Numbered from the stretch's first letter, positions 46,867 through 57,252 are shown. The stretch is DNA of 64,000 bases from Acidimicrobiia bacterium (GCA_041576165.1 JBFGLM010000007.1:1-64000), one strand, 5' to 3'. Notes: generated by a model not told the origin, from the sequence alone. Translations and numbers: made by a program.

Positions 46867-48393
46867 ATGCAGACGGGATCCAACGTCAGCACCGTGATCG
46901 AGGGCTGGATCGACCAGCGCGGCCCGGACGCAAGCGTGTTGATCACCGCCGCCGACGAGCACTGGTCGGGGGATCGGCTCCGCACCACCGTCAACCGGGT
47001 TGCCTCGCGGCTGCGCGAACTGGGAGTCCGGCGCGAAGAACGGATCCTCGTCGTGCTCGATGACACCCCGGCGTTTCCCGCCGCATTCCTGGGCTCGATG
47101 CGCATCGGCGCGGTACCGGTGCCGGTCAACTTCCTGGCCCGTCCGGAAGACTTCGGCTATTTCCTGGACGACGCCTACGCGGTGGCGGCCATTGTCGACG
47201 CGGCATTCCTACCGGTGGTTGAGCCCCAGGTCACGTCCCGGCCGAAGGTGCGGCTCATCGTCGCCAACGGAGAGCCGCCCGCCGGCGCTGACAACCTCGA
47301 CGATTTCATGACAGAAGGTAACGCCGATACCGCGCCGGTCGCCACCCACCCCGACGACATGGCCTTCTGGCTGTACTCCTCCGGTTCCACCGGGAAGCCG
47401 AAGGGTGTTGTGCACAGCCACGCCGACGTGGCCCCCACCTGTGAGCTCTACGCCGGACCCACTCTCGGGATCGGAACCAACGACACCGTGTTCTCCAGCA
47501 CGAAGATGTTCCACGCCTATGGACTGGGCAACAACCTGACGTTCCCGCTGTGGTGGGGGGCCACCTCGGTGTACCTGACCGGACGCCCAACCCCGGATGC
47601 GTTGCTAGAGCGGGTTGCCACCCACCGGCCCACTCTGTACTTCTCGGTACCGGCCCTCTACAACGCGATCCTGGCCCACCCCGATTTCGACGCCGCGGAT
47701 TGGTCATCGGTCCGGCTGGGCGTTTCGGCGGCCGAGCCGCTTCCACCCGAGATCTGGCGGCGTTTCCATGACCGGACAGGAATCGAGATCCTCGACGGCG
47801 TCGGCTCCACCGAGATGCTCCACATCTATGCCTCCAACCAAGCCGGCTCGGTGAGGCCGGGCACGTCGGGCATGTCGGTCGCTGGGTACGACCTCGAGAT
47901 TCGCAACCCAGAGGGCGAACTGTGCGCCCCCGGTGAGGCGGGGGAGATGTGGGTACGCGGCCCCAGCGCGCTCAGCTCGTACTGGCATCAGCACGAACGG
48001 ACCCGGGAGAAGCTCCGCGGCGGCTGGTTTCTGACCGGTGACCGGTACCGCCGGGATGGCGACGGGTACTACACGTACGAGGGCCGGGTCGACGACATGA
48101 TGAAGGTGGGCGGCTTGTGGGTGAGCCCGATTGAGATCGAGAACCGGCTCATGGAACACGCCGCAGTTCGCGAAGCGGCCGTCGTCGCGGCTCAGATCGA
48201 AGGCACCTCGCGGATCAAAGCCTTTGTGATCCTCGCTGAAGTCGCAGCCAGGACCGACGCGTTGGTCGGCGAGCTGCAGGAATGGTGCAAGTCGGCGCTC
48301 CTTCGGTACCAGTACCCGCACCAGGTCGAATTTGTCGACGACTTTCCGCGTACGGCTACCGGCAAGATTCAGCGCTTCAAACTGCGCGACTGA
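46867..48393 (+). CDS. Benzoate-CoA ligase family aryl-CoA ligase
   Basis: WLYSSGSTGKPKG, FHAYGLGN, SAAEPLP, DGVGSTEMLH, TATGKIQRFKLR. Confidence 0.9.
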   Translation: MQTGSNVSTVIEGWIDQRGPDASVLITAADEHWSGDRLRTTVNRVASRLRELGVRREERILVVLDDTPAFPAAFLGSMRIGAVPVPVNFLARPEDFGYFLDDAYAVAAIVDAAFLPVVEPQVTSRPKVRLIVANGEPPAGADNLDDFMTEGNADTAPVATHPDDMAFWLYSSGSTGKPKGVVHSHADVAPTCELYAGPTLGIGTNDTVFSSTKMFHAYGLGNNLTFPLWWGATSVYLTGRPTPDALLERVATHRPTLYFSVPALYNAILAHPDFDAADWSSVRLGVSAAEPLPPEIWRRFHDRTGIEILDGVGSTEMLHIYASNQAGSVRPGTSGMSVAGYDLEIRNPEGELCAPGEAGEMWVRGPSALSSYWHQHERTREKLRGGWFLTGDRYRRDGDGYYTYEGRVDDMMKVGGLWVSPIEIENRLMEHAAVREAAVVAAQIEGTSRIKAFVILAEVAARTDALVGELQEWCKSALLRYQYPHQVEFVDDFPRTATGKIQRFKLRD

Positions 48394-48441
48394 CCGTGGG
48401 AGGCGGCGGCAAGGTGCCCGACGCAGAGGGGTGGCAACCGG

Positions 48442-48474
48442 CGAGCGGGGGACCCCGGTCGGGTCCCCCGCTCG
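48442..48474. terminator. 14-bp hairpin between convergent genes
   Basis: CGAGCGGGGGACCC-CGGTC-GGGTCCCCCGCTCG. Confidence 0.7.
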
Positions 48475-48487
48475 AATTCACCGCCAT

Positions 48488-48832
48488 CTAGAGGTACGCG
48501 AGCTCCTGTCCCGCCTGCCCGTACAGGCCGAGCCGACGATCCAATTCTTCGCCGGTGAAGTACATGTGGAAAGCGAAGCCCTCACACACGAACATGGCCT
48601 TGTTCAGCAACACGATGAAGTCATCGCGGCCGGTGATGTCGAACATCACTTCCATATCGCCACGGACAAGGAACATGCCGTCGTTGACCTGCATCAGCAC
48701 CAGGGGCTCAGATACCTTGCCCTCAGCGGCCAGCTTGCCGAAATACGTGCGGAAATCGGCCAGCACCGCCAGCGCCTTTGCCTCGCGGCCGGGATACGGC
48801 TTGAGCCACTTGAAGACCAGCGCGTAGTCCAT
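48488..48832 (-). CDS. Hypothetical protein (114 aa)
   Basis: SD GGGAGGT before ATG 48832; MDYALVFKWLKPYPGREAKAL; coding-like composition. Confidence 0.75.
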   Translation of the reverse strand: MDYALVFKWLKPYPGREAKALAVLADFRTYFGKLAAEGKVSEPLVLMQVNDGMFLVRGDMEVMFDITGRDDFIVLLNKAMFVCEGFAFHMYFTGEELDRRLGLYGQAGQELAYL

Positions 48833-49006
48833 CCGGACCTCCCTTGCGCGGTCGGACCCTCCCGGCATCCTTGTGCGGGTCGACCGCCTTCGGCTAGGGC
48901 CGAAGGGCTCAGCACCGGCCTTTTGAGCCGGTCGGATCATGGAGCGAAGGCGGCAGGTGGGAAAGGACCCGGGAGTAGCGCAACTGGGGCCGTAGCGTGA
49001 TTGGGC

Positions 49007-49693
49007 ATGTTGCGCAGACGACGCCCGGCCGATCCAAACGAGGTCGGGCCGGCACAGACGGTGGGCGACGCCTCGCCTTCTGATGAACTGGTGTCGTTGT
49101 TGGTAGCCAGTGCCGAACCCGTCCTGGACGCGCCGGAGGGGCATCGACGATCGTCGCCGGCCGGGGGTCGTTGCCTCTATGGAGCGGCTGGGAGTCGACG
49201 TCGGCGAATTCCTCGCCGAATACGACCTTGGGCGCGATTACCAGTGGACCATCCGCTGAGCCGGGTAGATCGCACACTCGATGCGGCGTTCGTCCCGCCG
49301 GGCTTGGCCCGGGCGACTGCCGAGATGCTGGGAGCGCTAGCCGACCCGCTCACCGTGCGGCGCCTGGCCCGCTATGCCACCAGGGCGGCTGCCCGGGCGC
49401 GCATGGCGTCCGATGCGCGTCTCGCAAACGCCGCGATGCGTGCCCATGCTGTCCTCATCCACTCACGAGCGCCGGCCGATCGACGCGACGACATGGTGAG
49501 CCTGGTGCCAATTGACGTCGCGGCGCGCGAACACATCGGGGACCGCCACCTGCAAACGCTCACCGATCTGGTACCGGATTCCGACGTCGAGTTCGTACAG
49601 AGCTTCTCCGCTCGCACCGACGTGACACCGGCAGCATTCGGTTGGATCGAGTTGGATGCGCCGCATGGAGTTTGGATAGTCCCAGACCGCTGA
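49007..49693 (+). CDS. Hypothetical protein, possibly with two compensating frameshifts
   Basis: Protein-like N and C termini; middle (about 49140-49256) reads better in the +1 frame. Confidence 0.5.
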   Translation: MLRRRRPADPNEVGPAQTVGDASPSDELVSLLVASAEPVLDAPEGHRRSSPAGGRCLYGAAGSRRRRIPRRIRPWARLPVDHPLSRVDRTLDAAFVPPGLARATAEMLGALADPLTVRRLARYATRAAARARMASDARLANAAMRAHAVLIHSRAPADRRDDMVSLVPIDVAAREHIGDRHLQTLTDLVPDSDVEFVQSFSARTDVTPAAFGWIELDAPHGVWIVPDR

Positions 49694-49842
49694 AACCGGC
49701 ACCGCGTCTCACGCAACCCGGCGCCTGCCCGTTTCATCCATGCCGGCTGCCCGGCGAAACAAACCACCGTCGGGACCGGTTGACCTAGCTGGTAGCGTCG
49801 CCGCCCGGCCGATCGCGCTTCCACACCCAGGAGCTCGCACAT

Positions 49843-50793
49843 ATGGGATCACGGGTCCTGTCGACATCGGTCGGCACCAATCGAGAGGCGTTCCGGCCGT
49901 TGGACTGGGTGCTGTTCGTGTCGATCGCGCTGATCTGGGGTTCGTCGTTCCTGCTGATGGCGATAGGCCTGCAATCGCTTGCGCCAGGACTGATCACCTG
50001 GATGCGGGTCGGATTCGGAGCGGCAATCCTGTCGTTGGTGCCTCGGGCGCGGAAGGCGATCGACTCCGAGGATCGGCCCCGCATCCTCGCCCTCTCGTTC
50101 ATCTGGGTGGCAATTCCTTTCAGCCTGTTCCCGCTGGCCCAGCAGTACATCAACTCGGCGGTCACCGGCATTCTCAACGGCGGTACACCCATCTTCACGG
50201 CCATTGTCGCCACGATCCTCCTGCGCCGGCTGCCGCGTGGTGCCCAGCTGCTCGGATTGTTCGTCGGTTTTGGTGGTGTCGTGCTCGTCAGCCTCGCTCG
50301 CGGCTCGACCGGCACCAATGAAGCGCTCGGCGTCTTTCTCGCCGTCCTCGCCACGGTCTGTTACGGCGTGGCGATCAACATTGCGGCACCCATTCAGCAG
50401 AAATACGGCTCGGTGCCGGTCATGGCCCGCATGCTGGCGCTCGCCGCTATCTGGACCGCTCCCATGGGCCTGGCCGGGCTGCGGTCATCGACTTTCGAAT
50501 GGGGCCCGGTGCTGGCAGTGTCGGCCGCCGGATTCATAGGCACGGGGATCGCGTTCAGCGTCATGGCCACACTGGTTGGACGGGTCGGTTCGACCCGGGC
50601 CTCGTTCAGTACCTACTTGATGCCGGTGGTGGCGACCGTCCTGGGAGTTCTTCTACTCGGTGACAGGATCGTGTCGCTCGAAGTACTGGGCATCGGGTTG
50701 GTGATCGGCGGCGCATTGCTGGCTTCCCGGCGGGAGCGCGGTGAGCCACCGCTACGTGCGGAGAAACCCCGACACATGTCCGCCGGTCGGTGA
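49843..50793 (+). CDS. EamA/DMT transporter
   Basis: LIWGSSFLLM, about 10 TM, TYLMPVVA; SD AGGAG. Confidence 0.9.
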   Translation: MGSRVLSTSVGTNREAFRPLDWVLFVSIALIWGSSFLLMAIGLQSLAPGLITWMRVGFGAAILSLVPRARKAIDSEDRPRILALSFIWVAIPFSLFPLAQQYINSAVTGILNGGTPIFTAIVATILLRRLPRGAQLLGLFVGFGGVVLVSLARGSTGTNEALGVFLAVLATVCYGVAINIAAPIQQKYGSVPVMARMLALAAIWTAPMGLAGLRSSTFEWGPVLAVSAAGFIGTGIAFSVMATLVGRVGSTRASFSTYLMPVVATVLGVLLLGDRIVSLEVLGIGLVIGGALLASRRERGEPPLRAEKPRHMSAGR

Positions 50794-51045
50794 CATCGAC
50801 CGCCGCGCGGATCAGCTCATCCAGCCCGGGCCCCGGCACATGGTTCTGGACCGATCCGCTCCAGCGCGCTCCGACCCTGCTTCGGAGCCGGCCACGGCGG
50901 TTTCGGCTTGAGTGGCCGCAATCGCAGGTCCGGTCTGACGGTTGTTGCGCCCGGCGGAGGCCGGTCTCGAATGTGCGATCATGTCCGGTCATGTCAATCG
51001 GTCGATCCCGACACCAGCTGCGCCCGCCTTGCCCGTGGCGGCCCT

Positions 51046-51933
51046 GTGCGTGAGCCGGCGCACAGGACCGGGATCGCGGCGGCCGCACTCGGGATCGTCT
51101 TGTGGTCGGCAGGCATCATCATGGTGCGGCCGATCCCGATGTCGGGCATTCAGATCGCCTTCTGGCGGGTGTTTCTGGGGGCGGTCGTCTATTGGACGCT
51201 GCTCCGAGTGTCGGGTCGGAAGCTGTCCGGAGACCAGCTTCGGGCCACCGCGCCCGCCGCGATAGCGATCGGACTCGAGATTGCCGTCTTTTTCGTGGCC
51301 TTGAAGATGACAACGGTCGCCAACACTGTGGTCATCGGCGCCCTCCAGCCCATCGTGTTGCTGGCCGTCGCATCGCGCAGGTTTGGCGAACACGTCACCG
51401 GATGGGTGGTCCGGGTGGCAGCGGGAGCGCTCTTCGGGGTGGCGCTGGTGGCGTTCGGTTCTTCGTCGCAGCCGACCTGGAGCCCCACCGGTGACAGCCT
51501 TGCCCTGGTGGCGATGCTGTTGTTCGCCGCATACTTCGCGTTCGCCAAGGCGGCGCGCGCTCGGGTACCGGCGTTCGAGTTCCAGACCGCCGTCTGGATC
51601 GTGGGATCGGTCGTGCTGTTGCCGCTGGCGCTCATCGACGCCGGCGGGCTCCAACTCCCCAGTCCGGCCAATCTGGTCTGGCTGCTGGCGCTGCTGGCGG
51701 TTCCGGGAACCGGGCATCTCCTCGTCAACTGGGCGCACGCCAAGGTGCCGCTCGTCGTGGTCTCCATGCTGACACTGGCCAATCCGGTGCTGGCGACGGC
51801 CGGGGCAGCCGTCTTTCTGGGCGAAGGCGTGGACGGATGGCAAGTGGCGGGTTTCATGTTGGTGCTGGCCGCGTTGGTCGTCACGATCCGGCGCGAGGCC
51901 GAGCTGCGGACACCGGCCGTAGTTCCAACGTGA
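51046..51933 (+). CDS. EamA/DMT transporter (start uncertain)
   Basis: About 10 TM, TTVAN..GALQPI, GHLLVNWAH. Confidence 0.85.
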   Translation: MREPAHRTGIAAAALGIVLWSAGIIMVRPIPMSGIQIAFWRVFLGAVVYWTLLRVSGRKLSGDQLRATAPAAIAIGLEIAVFFVALKMTTVANTVVIGALQPIVLLAVASRRFGEHVTGWVVRVAAGALFGVALVAFGSSSQPTWSPTGDSLALVAMLLFAAYFAFAKAARARVPAFEFQTAVWIVGSVVLLPLALIDAGGLQLPSPANLVWLLALLAVPGTGHLLVNWAHAKVPLVVVSMLTLANPVLATAGAAVFLGEGVDGWQVAGFMLVLAALVVTIRREAELRTPAVVPT

Positions 51934-51941
51934 TCCCCTGT

Positions 51942-51975
51942 TTGCCGAATATGCGCATATGTGTATAGTCATGCA
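51942..51975. promoter_or_regulatory. Tandem ARG boxes upstream of argC
   Basis: TGTATAGTCATGCA 51962-51975 and weaker TTGCCGAATATGCG 20 bp upstream. Confidence 0.7.
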
Positions 51976-51992
51976 GTACAAGGAGGATCCAC

Positions 51993-53003
51993 GTGGGAAC
52001 CGCCGCCGCCATTCTGGGCGCCTCCGGCTATGCCGGAGGTGAACTTGTTCGACTCTTAGACGACCACCCAGCGTTCGACATCACCTTCCTGGGCGCACAC
52101 AGTTCGGCCGGGTCGGCCCTCGGCCAGGTGCACCCGCACCTGCGGGGCGGTCACCGGCGCCTCCAACCTCTCGGCGAGGTTGGAGAGGTCGACGTCGCGT
52201 TTCTGGCTCTTCCGCACGGAGCGTCGTGGGAGGTGGGCGAGCGATTGGCGTCCGATGGTGTCAGGGTCGTGGACCTCGGTAGCGACTACCGGATGGATAC
52301 GGCGGCCCGCTACGAGGCTGCGTATGGTGCCGCCCATCCGCGTCCGGACCGGCTCGGCGACTGGGTGTACGGGCTGCCGGAGCTGGCCGGCATCGATGTA
52401 TCCGGGGCGCAACTCGTGGCATCTCCGGGTTGCTACCCGACTTCGGCGCTGCTGGGGCTGGCCCCGTTGCTGGCTGCCGGAGCGATAGAGCCCGCGGGCA
52501 TCGTGGTCGACTCGATGTCCGGAGTCACCGGCGCGGGCCGGAGCCTCAAGGAGAATCTGTTGTTCGGTGCCGTGGACGAAAACGTCGCCGCCTACGCGGT
52601 CACCACCCATCGCCATCGGCCCGAGATCGAGATGGGGCTTCTGATCGCCTCAGGGATCGACGCCCGGGTCCAGTTCACCCCTCATCTCGTCCCGATGCAG
52701 CGGGGCATTCTCTCGACGTGTTCCGCCCCGGCGGCGGGCGATCCGGTCGATGTCCTCCGGCTGGCGTACCAGGACAGTCCGTTTGTCGACGTGGTCGACG
52801 CCCCACCCCAGACCCGATGGGTGGTCGGATCCAACCGGGCGCTGATCCACGCCCGTGTCGATGATTCGACCGGCCGGGTTGTGGTGCTGGTAGCGATCGA
52901 CAATCTGTTGAAGGGCGCAGCCGGCCAGGCCGTGCAGGCGGCCAATCTGATGTATGGAATCCCGGAAGAGACGGGTCTCCCGATGACCGGTTGGTTGCCG
53001 TGA
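51993..53003 (+). CDS. argC: N-acetyl-gamma-glutamyl-phosphate reductase
   Basis: GASGYAG, SPGCYPT, SGVTGAGR, IDNLLKGAAGQAVQ. Confidence 0.97.
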   Translation: MGTAAAILGASGYAGGELVRLLDDHPAFDITFLGAHSSAGSALGQVHPHLRGGHRRLQPLGEVGEVDVAFLALPHGASWEVGERLASDGVRVVDLGSDYRMDTAARYEAAYGAAHPRPDRLGDWVYGLPELAGIDVSGAQLVASPGCYPTSALLGLAPLLAAGAIEPAGIVVDSMSGVTGAGRSLKENLLFGAVDENVAAYAVTTHRHRPEIEMGLLIASGIDARVQFTPHLVPMQRGILSTCSAPAAGDPVDVLRLAYQDSPFVDVVDAPPQTRWVVGSNRALIHARVDDSTGRVVVLVAIDNLLKGAAGQAVQAANLMYGIPEETGLPMTGWLP

Positions 53004-54160
53004 GCGTCACCGCCGCTCGGGGCTTCCGTGCGACCGGCGTGCACGCGGGCGTGAAACCCGATGGGCGGCTCGACACTGCGCTGGTTACTGCCGATCGTCC
53101 GGTTGCGGCCGCCGCGGTGTTCACGACGTCGCTCACGGCGGCGCCGGTCGTAACGCTGGCTCGCAAGCACCTTGTCAACTCTCTGCTGCAGGCGCTGGTG
53201 ATCAACTCGGGCTGCGCCAACGCAGGTACGGGCGAGGCCGGGCTCGTGTGGGCCGAGCAGATCGCCGGTGCTGCCGCCCGGGCGCTGGGATGCCATACCG
53301 AAGACGTTTTGGTGGCATCGACGGGTCCGATCGGCACGGATCTGCCCGTTGAAGAGATTGTCGCCTCACTGCCGGCGGCGGTGTCCCGCCTCGAGGCAAC
53401 GGCGGACGCGGCCACCCTCGCAGCTCGCAGCATCATGACAACGGACTCGGTCCCGAAAGAAGCGACCGTGGCCGGTGACGGTTACGTGATCGGCGGCATG
53501 TCGAAAGGGGCCGGCATGATCCGGCCGGACATGGCCACCATGCTCGCCTACGTGACGACCGATGCCGTCGTGAACCCGGCGACGTTGCAGGCGGCCCTTT
53601 CTGACGCAGTGGATGTCACCTTCAACTGTCTCAACATCGACGGCTGTCAGTCGACCAACGACATGGTTGTGCTGCTGGCATCGGGGGATTCGGGGACAGA
53701 GCCAGATCCGGCGGCGTTCGCGTCACATCTCACCAGGCTGTGCCGCGATCTGACCTGGCAGATGGCGAAGGATGCCGAGGGGGCAAGTCGGGTCGTGACC
53801 CTCCACATCTCCGGTGCCGACGACCACGCGACTGCCCGCGTGGTGGGTAAAGCGGTGGCGGATTCGGCGCTCGTGCGTTCGTCCTTCTACGGAGGGGACC
53901 CGAACTGGGGACGGATCCTCCAGGCGCTCGGAGTCACAGGGGTGCCTCTCCACCAGGAGGACATTGAAATCGCCTACGAAGGGACGACGGTCACCCAGGG
54001 GGGCGTCGGGATTCCCCACGATGAGGCGGATCTCATGGCACGGCTCGAACAGGGCGACTTTGAGGTCTCGATCGTGGTGGGTATGGGTCACGGCCGGGCC
54101 ACGGTCGTCACCACGGACCTGACACCCGAATATGTCGTCTTCAACGGTGAACGAAGCTGA
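53000..54160 (+). CDS. argJ: Ornithine acetyltransferase ArgJ
   Basis: NSGCANAGTG, IMTTD, KGAGMIRPDMATML, STND, DAEGA. Confidence 0.97.
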   Translation: MSVTAARGFRATGVHAGVKPDGRLDTALVTADRPVAAAAVFTTSLTAAPVVTLARKHLVNSLLQALVINSGCANAGTGEAGLVWAEQIAGAAARALGCHTEDVLVASTGPIGTDLPVEEIVASLPAAVSRLEATADAATLAARSIMTTDSVPKEATVAGDGYVIGGMSKGAGMIRPDMATMLAYVTTDAVVNPATLQAALSDAVDVTFNCLNIDGCQSTNDMVVLLASGDSGTEPDPAAFASHLTRLCRDLTWQMAKDAEGASRVVTLHISGADDHATARVVGKAVADSALVRSSFYGGDPNWGRILQALGVTGVPLHQEDIEIAYEGTTVTQGGVGIPHDEADLMARLEQGDFEVSIVVGMGHGRATVVTTDLTPEYVVFNGERS

Positions 54161-55089
54161 TGGCCACCGGACATACGGCGCCGAGCCCTGGCAAGTCGCG
54201 GATCGCAACGACGATGGGCAAGGCGCGGATCCTCACCGAGGCCATGCCCTACATCAAGCTCTTCAGAGATCAGATCGTCGTCATCAAGTACGGCGGCTCG
54301 GCGATGGTGGACGAGGCGCTGCGGGAGACCTTTGCCGGCGACGTGGCCTTGCTGTCGATCGTGGGCATCAAACCGGTGGTGGTGCACGGCGGGGGGCCTC
54401 ACATCTCCCGCGCAATGGGCCAGCAGGGTGTCGAACCGCAGTGGGTCGACGGTCTTCGCGTGACTGACGCAGAGACCATTCGCGTCGTTCAGAGCACTCT
54501 GGCCGGGGAGATCAACCCGGACATCGTCCGGCTGTTGCAGGGGGCTGGAGCACGGGCGGTCGGCGTGACCGGCATCGACGGCGGTCTGATCACGGCCCGC
54601 CAGCGTGACCCGAAGCTGGGTTTCGTCGGGGACGTCGCCTCGGTGGATCCGAGTCTGATTCGAGCGATGATCGACCAGGGGCTGGTGCCCGTGATAGCGC
54701 CGCTGGCCCGAGGCGAAGACGGGAATGCCTACAACCTGAATGCCGACACCGCGGCCGGGGCGATCGCAGCCGCGTTGGGGGCCAAGAAACTGGTGTACCT
54801 CACCGATGTCGAGGGTCTCTACCGGGATCTCGGCGATGAAGACAGCCTCATCCAGCGCTTGACGCTGGAGGGCCTCAAGGAGCTGGTGGCATCCGGATCG
54901 GTGTCGGCCGGAATGCTGCCCAAGCTGCAGTCAGTGTCGGCGGCCCTCGACGCGGGAGTGGGCCACGCCCATATTCTCGACGGCCGTATCCAGCATGCGT
55001 TGCTGTTGGAGATCTTCACCCCGGAGGGGATCGGCACCATGATCGAACCGGAAACCGAGTTCATGCGCACCATGAGATTGGACGGCTGA
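54160..55089 (+). CDS. argB: Acetylglutamate kinase
   Basis: KYGGSAM, VHGGGP, GLRVTD, NLNADTAA, GMLPK. Confidence 0.97.
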   Translation: MATGHTAPSPGKSRIATTMGKARILTEAMPYIKLFRDQIVVIKYGGSAMVDEALRETFAGDVALLSIVGIKPVVVHGGGPHISRAMGQQGVEPQWVDGLRVTDAETIRVVQSTLAGEINPDIVRLLQGAGARAVGVTGIDGGLITARQRDPKLGFVGDVASVDPSLIRAMIDQGLVPVIAPLARGEDGNAYNLNADTAAGAIAAALGAKKLVYLTDVEGLYRDLGDEDSLIQRLTLEGLKELVASGSVSAGMLPKLQSVSAALDAGVGHAHILDGRIQHALLLEIFTPEGIGTMIEPETEFMRTMRLDG

Positions 55090-55090
55090 C

Positions 55091-56287
55091 ATGGAAGAGA
55101 ACATCGAAAAGGGCCACCCGAATCCGACCGTGGCCGGTGAGGCCGAGTGGGTCATGCAGACCTACAAACGCGTGCCGGTCGTGTTCGTGCGCGGCGACGG
55201 CACGACGCTGTTCGACGACCAGGGCAAGCAGTACCTCGATTTTCTCGGGGGTCTTGCGGTGGTTGGTGTCGGTCATGCCAACACACGGGTCGCAGCCGCA
55301 GTCACCAAACAGATGACCGAACTGGTCCACGTGTCCAACCTCTACTACACCCGTCCCCAGGTCGAGCTGGCGCAGCGCCTGACTCACCTGGCAGGTCTCG
55401 ATCGGGTGTTCTTCGCCAACTGCGGTGCGACGGCGAACGAAACCGCGATCAAGTTGGCCCGGCGCTGGGGGCAGAGGCAGGGCGGCGAGCAGGCATACGA
55501 GATCATCTCGCTCGTTGACTCATTCCACGGGCGGACGCTGGCGGCGCTGGCCGCCACCGGCCAGCCGGCCAAGCAAGCCACCTTCGAGCCACTTCCGCCC
55601 GGGTTCCGGCAGGTGCCGGGCAATGACATTGATGCGCTGGACGCAGCGGTCGGCGATCGGACCGCAGCGGTGATGCTCGAAACCGTCCAGGGGGAGGGTG
55701 GGGTGGTGCCGATGGCAAGCGACTACCTCCACGCCGTACGTGCGCTGTGTGATGAGCGCAATGTGCTGCTCATCTTCGACGACGTGCAGGCCGGCATCGG
55801 CCGCACCGGCACGTGGTTCTCGTGGCAGGCCTTCGGGGTGCAGCCCGACATCGCCACCCTGGCCAAGGCCCTGGCCAACGGGCTGCCGATCGGGGCGTGC
55901 CTGGCCACCCAACGGGCAGCCTCCGCATTCGAATACGGCGACCACGCCACGACCTTCGGCGGCGGTCCCGTCGTGTGTGCAGCAGCGCTGGCCGTGCTCG
56001 ATGAAATCGAGGACCGCGATCTACTCACCAACGTCAAGGACCGGTCCGACCAACTCCACGACGGCTTGCTTGACCTTGCGGGAGTGACCGGCGTCCGCGG
56101 CCGCGGCCTGCTGCTGGCCGCGGTTCTCGACGAGCCCCGGTCGGCAGAAGTGACCCAGGCCGCCCTGGCTGAGGGCCTCGTTGTGAACAACGTCCGCGCG
56201 GACGCAGTGCGGTTCGCCCCGCCTCTGACCGTGACCAGCCAAGAAGTTGACGAGGCCCTCGCCCGGTTCGCCCGCGCCCTCGGCTGA
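55091..56287 (+). CDS. argD: Acetylornithine aminotransferase
   Basis: HVSNLY, SFHGRT, QGEGGV, AKALANGLPIGA; operon position. Confidence 0.95.
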   Translation: MEENIEKGHPNPTVAGEAEWVMQTYKRVPVVFVRGDGTTLFDDQGKQYLDFLGGLAVVGVGHANTRVAAAVTKQMTELVHVSNLYYTRPQVELAQRLTHLAGLDRVFFANCGATANETAIKLARRWGQRQGGEQAYEIISLVDSFHGRTLAALAATGQPAKQATFEPLPPGFRQVPGNDIDALDAAVGDRTAAVMLETVQGEGGVVPMASDYLHAVRALCDERNVLLIFDDVQAGIGRTGTWFSWQAFGVQPDIATLAKALANGLPIGACLATQRAASAFEYGDHATTFGGGPVVCAAALAVLDEIEDRDLLTNVKDRSDQLHDGLLDLAGVTGVRGRGLLLAAVLDEPRSAEVTQAALAEGLVVNNVRADAVRFAPPLTVTSQEVDEALARFARALG

Positions 56288-56330
56288 CCGATTGCGTACC
56301 AGGCCGCCAGTCGCCGGCTCAGCACTGCGG

Positions 56331-56372
56331 CTCTGCTCCAAGACATCGCCGCTGGCGACAGGGGCTTGGAGC
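56331..56372 (+). terminator. Hairpin after argD
   Basis: GCTCCAAG...CTTGGAGC enclosing TCGCC-GCT-GGCGA. Confidence 0.45.
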
Positions 56373-56790
56373 GAAATCATGGTCAATCACGCCTGCGAGA
56401 TAAGACCAAGCCGAGCCGGCCTGCCGGGGGCCGTCGGGCGGGCGGTCGCCAGCGACTAGTCCTTTCGTGTCCGTGGGGAATGGTCATTGAATTCTGGGTC
56501 AGTGAGAACCGATCACACATATAGAAGCGGGCGTTCGTCACTGGAGCCGCGTGTCGCCCGACCCGCCGATCAGATTGAGACCGTGAACGGCACACCGGAC
56601 CCCTGTTCGGTGGTTGCGTTCCGCAGGCGGTCCCGGTCTGTGACCAGTCAAGGGCGCGCAGGCTCCGGACTGCAGTGCATGAAGCTCGTCGCCAGTCGAT
56701 GGCCGAGCTGAGGCCTCACTGCGGTCCGGGCCTCGTGGACCCGCTCCGGGTGTCTCACGTTCGAGCGACCCGCTACGTTCAATCATCGAC

Positions 56791-57252
56791 ATGGCATCGT
56801 TGCCTCCGTTTCAGAACTTGTTAGACCGCCACGCCCTCGACGTTCATCGATTCCTGCGGGGCCTGGTGGGACGTGACGCAGCCGAGGATTGCCTGCAGGA
56901 CGCCCTGCTGTCTGCGCTGCGGGCGTACCCGAACCTACGCCACGCCGACAATCTCAGATCGTGGCTGTTCACGATCGCGCACCGAAAGGGCATCGATCAC
57001 CTGCGGAAGTCGGCTCGGGAAACTCTGACGGCCATGGTGCCGGAGACCGCAGTGAACGACGCCGCGCCTGCCGACCCGGTCTTGTGGCGTCGGGTCGGCG
57101 AACTCCCCGACAAACAGCGAGCCGCGGTAATGCTGCGCTTCGTGGGCGACCTACCGTACGCGGCCATTGCCGACGTGATCGGATGCTCGGAGCCGGCCGC
57201 CCGGCAGAGCGTCCGGGTCGGGCTGGCAACGCTTCGAAAGGATTTGACGTGA
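56791..57252 (+). CDS. ECF sigma factor coupled to Ogt
   Basis: AEDCLQDALLSALRAYP, RSWLFTIAHRK, LPDKQRAAV; stop overlaps ogt start. Confidence 0.9.
   Translation: MASLPPFQNLLDRHALDVHRFLRGLVGRDAAEDCLQDALLSALRAYPNLRHADNLRSWLFTIAHRKGIDHLRKSARETLTAMVPETAVNDAAPADPVLWRRVGELPDKQRAAVMLRFVGDLPYAAIADVIGCSEPAARQSVRVGLATLRKDLT

Noticed and set aside
56521-56540. LexA (SOS) box near sigma-ogt
   Set aside because: GAAG-N5-GTTC does not fit the GAAC-N4-GTTC spacing
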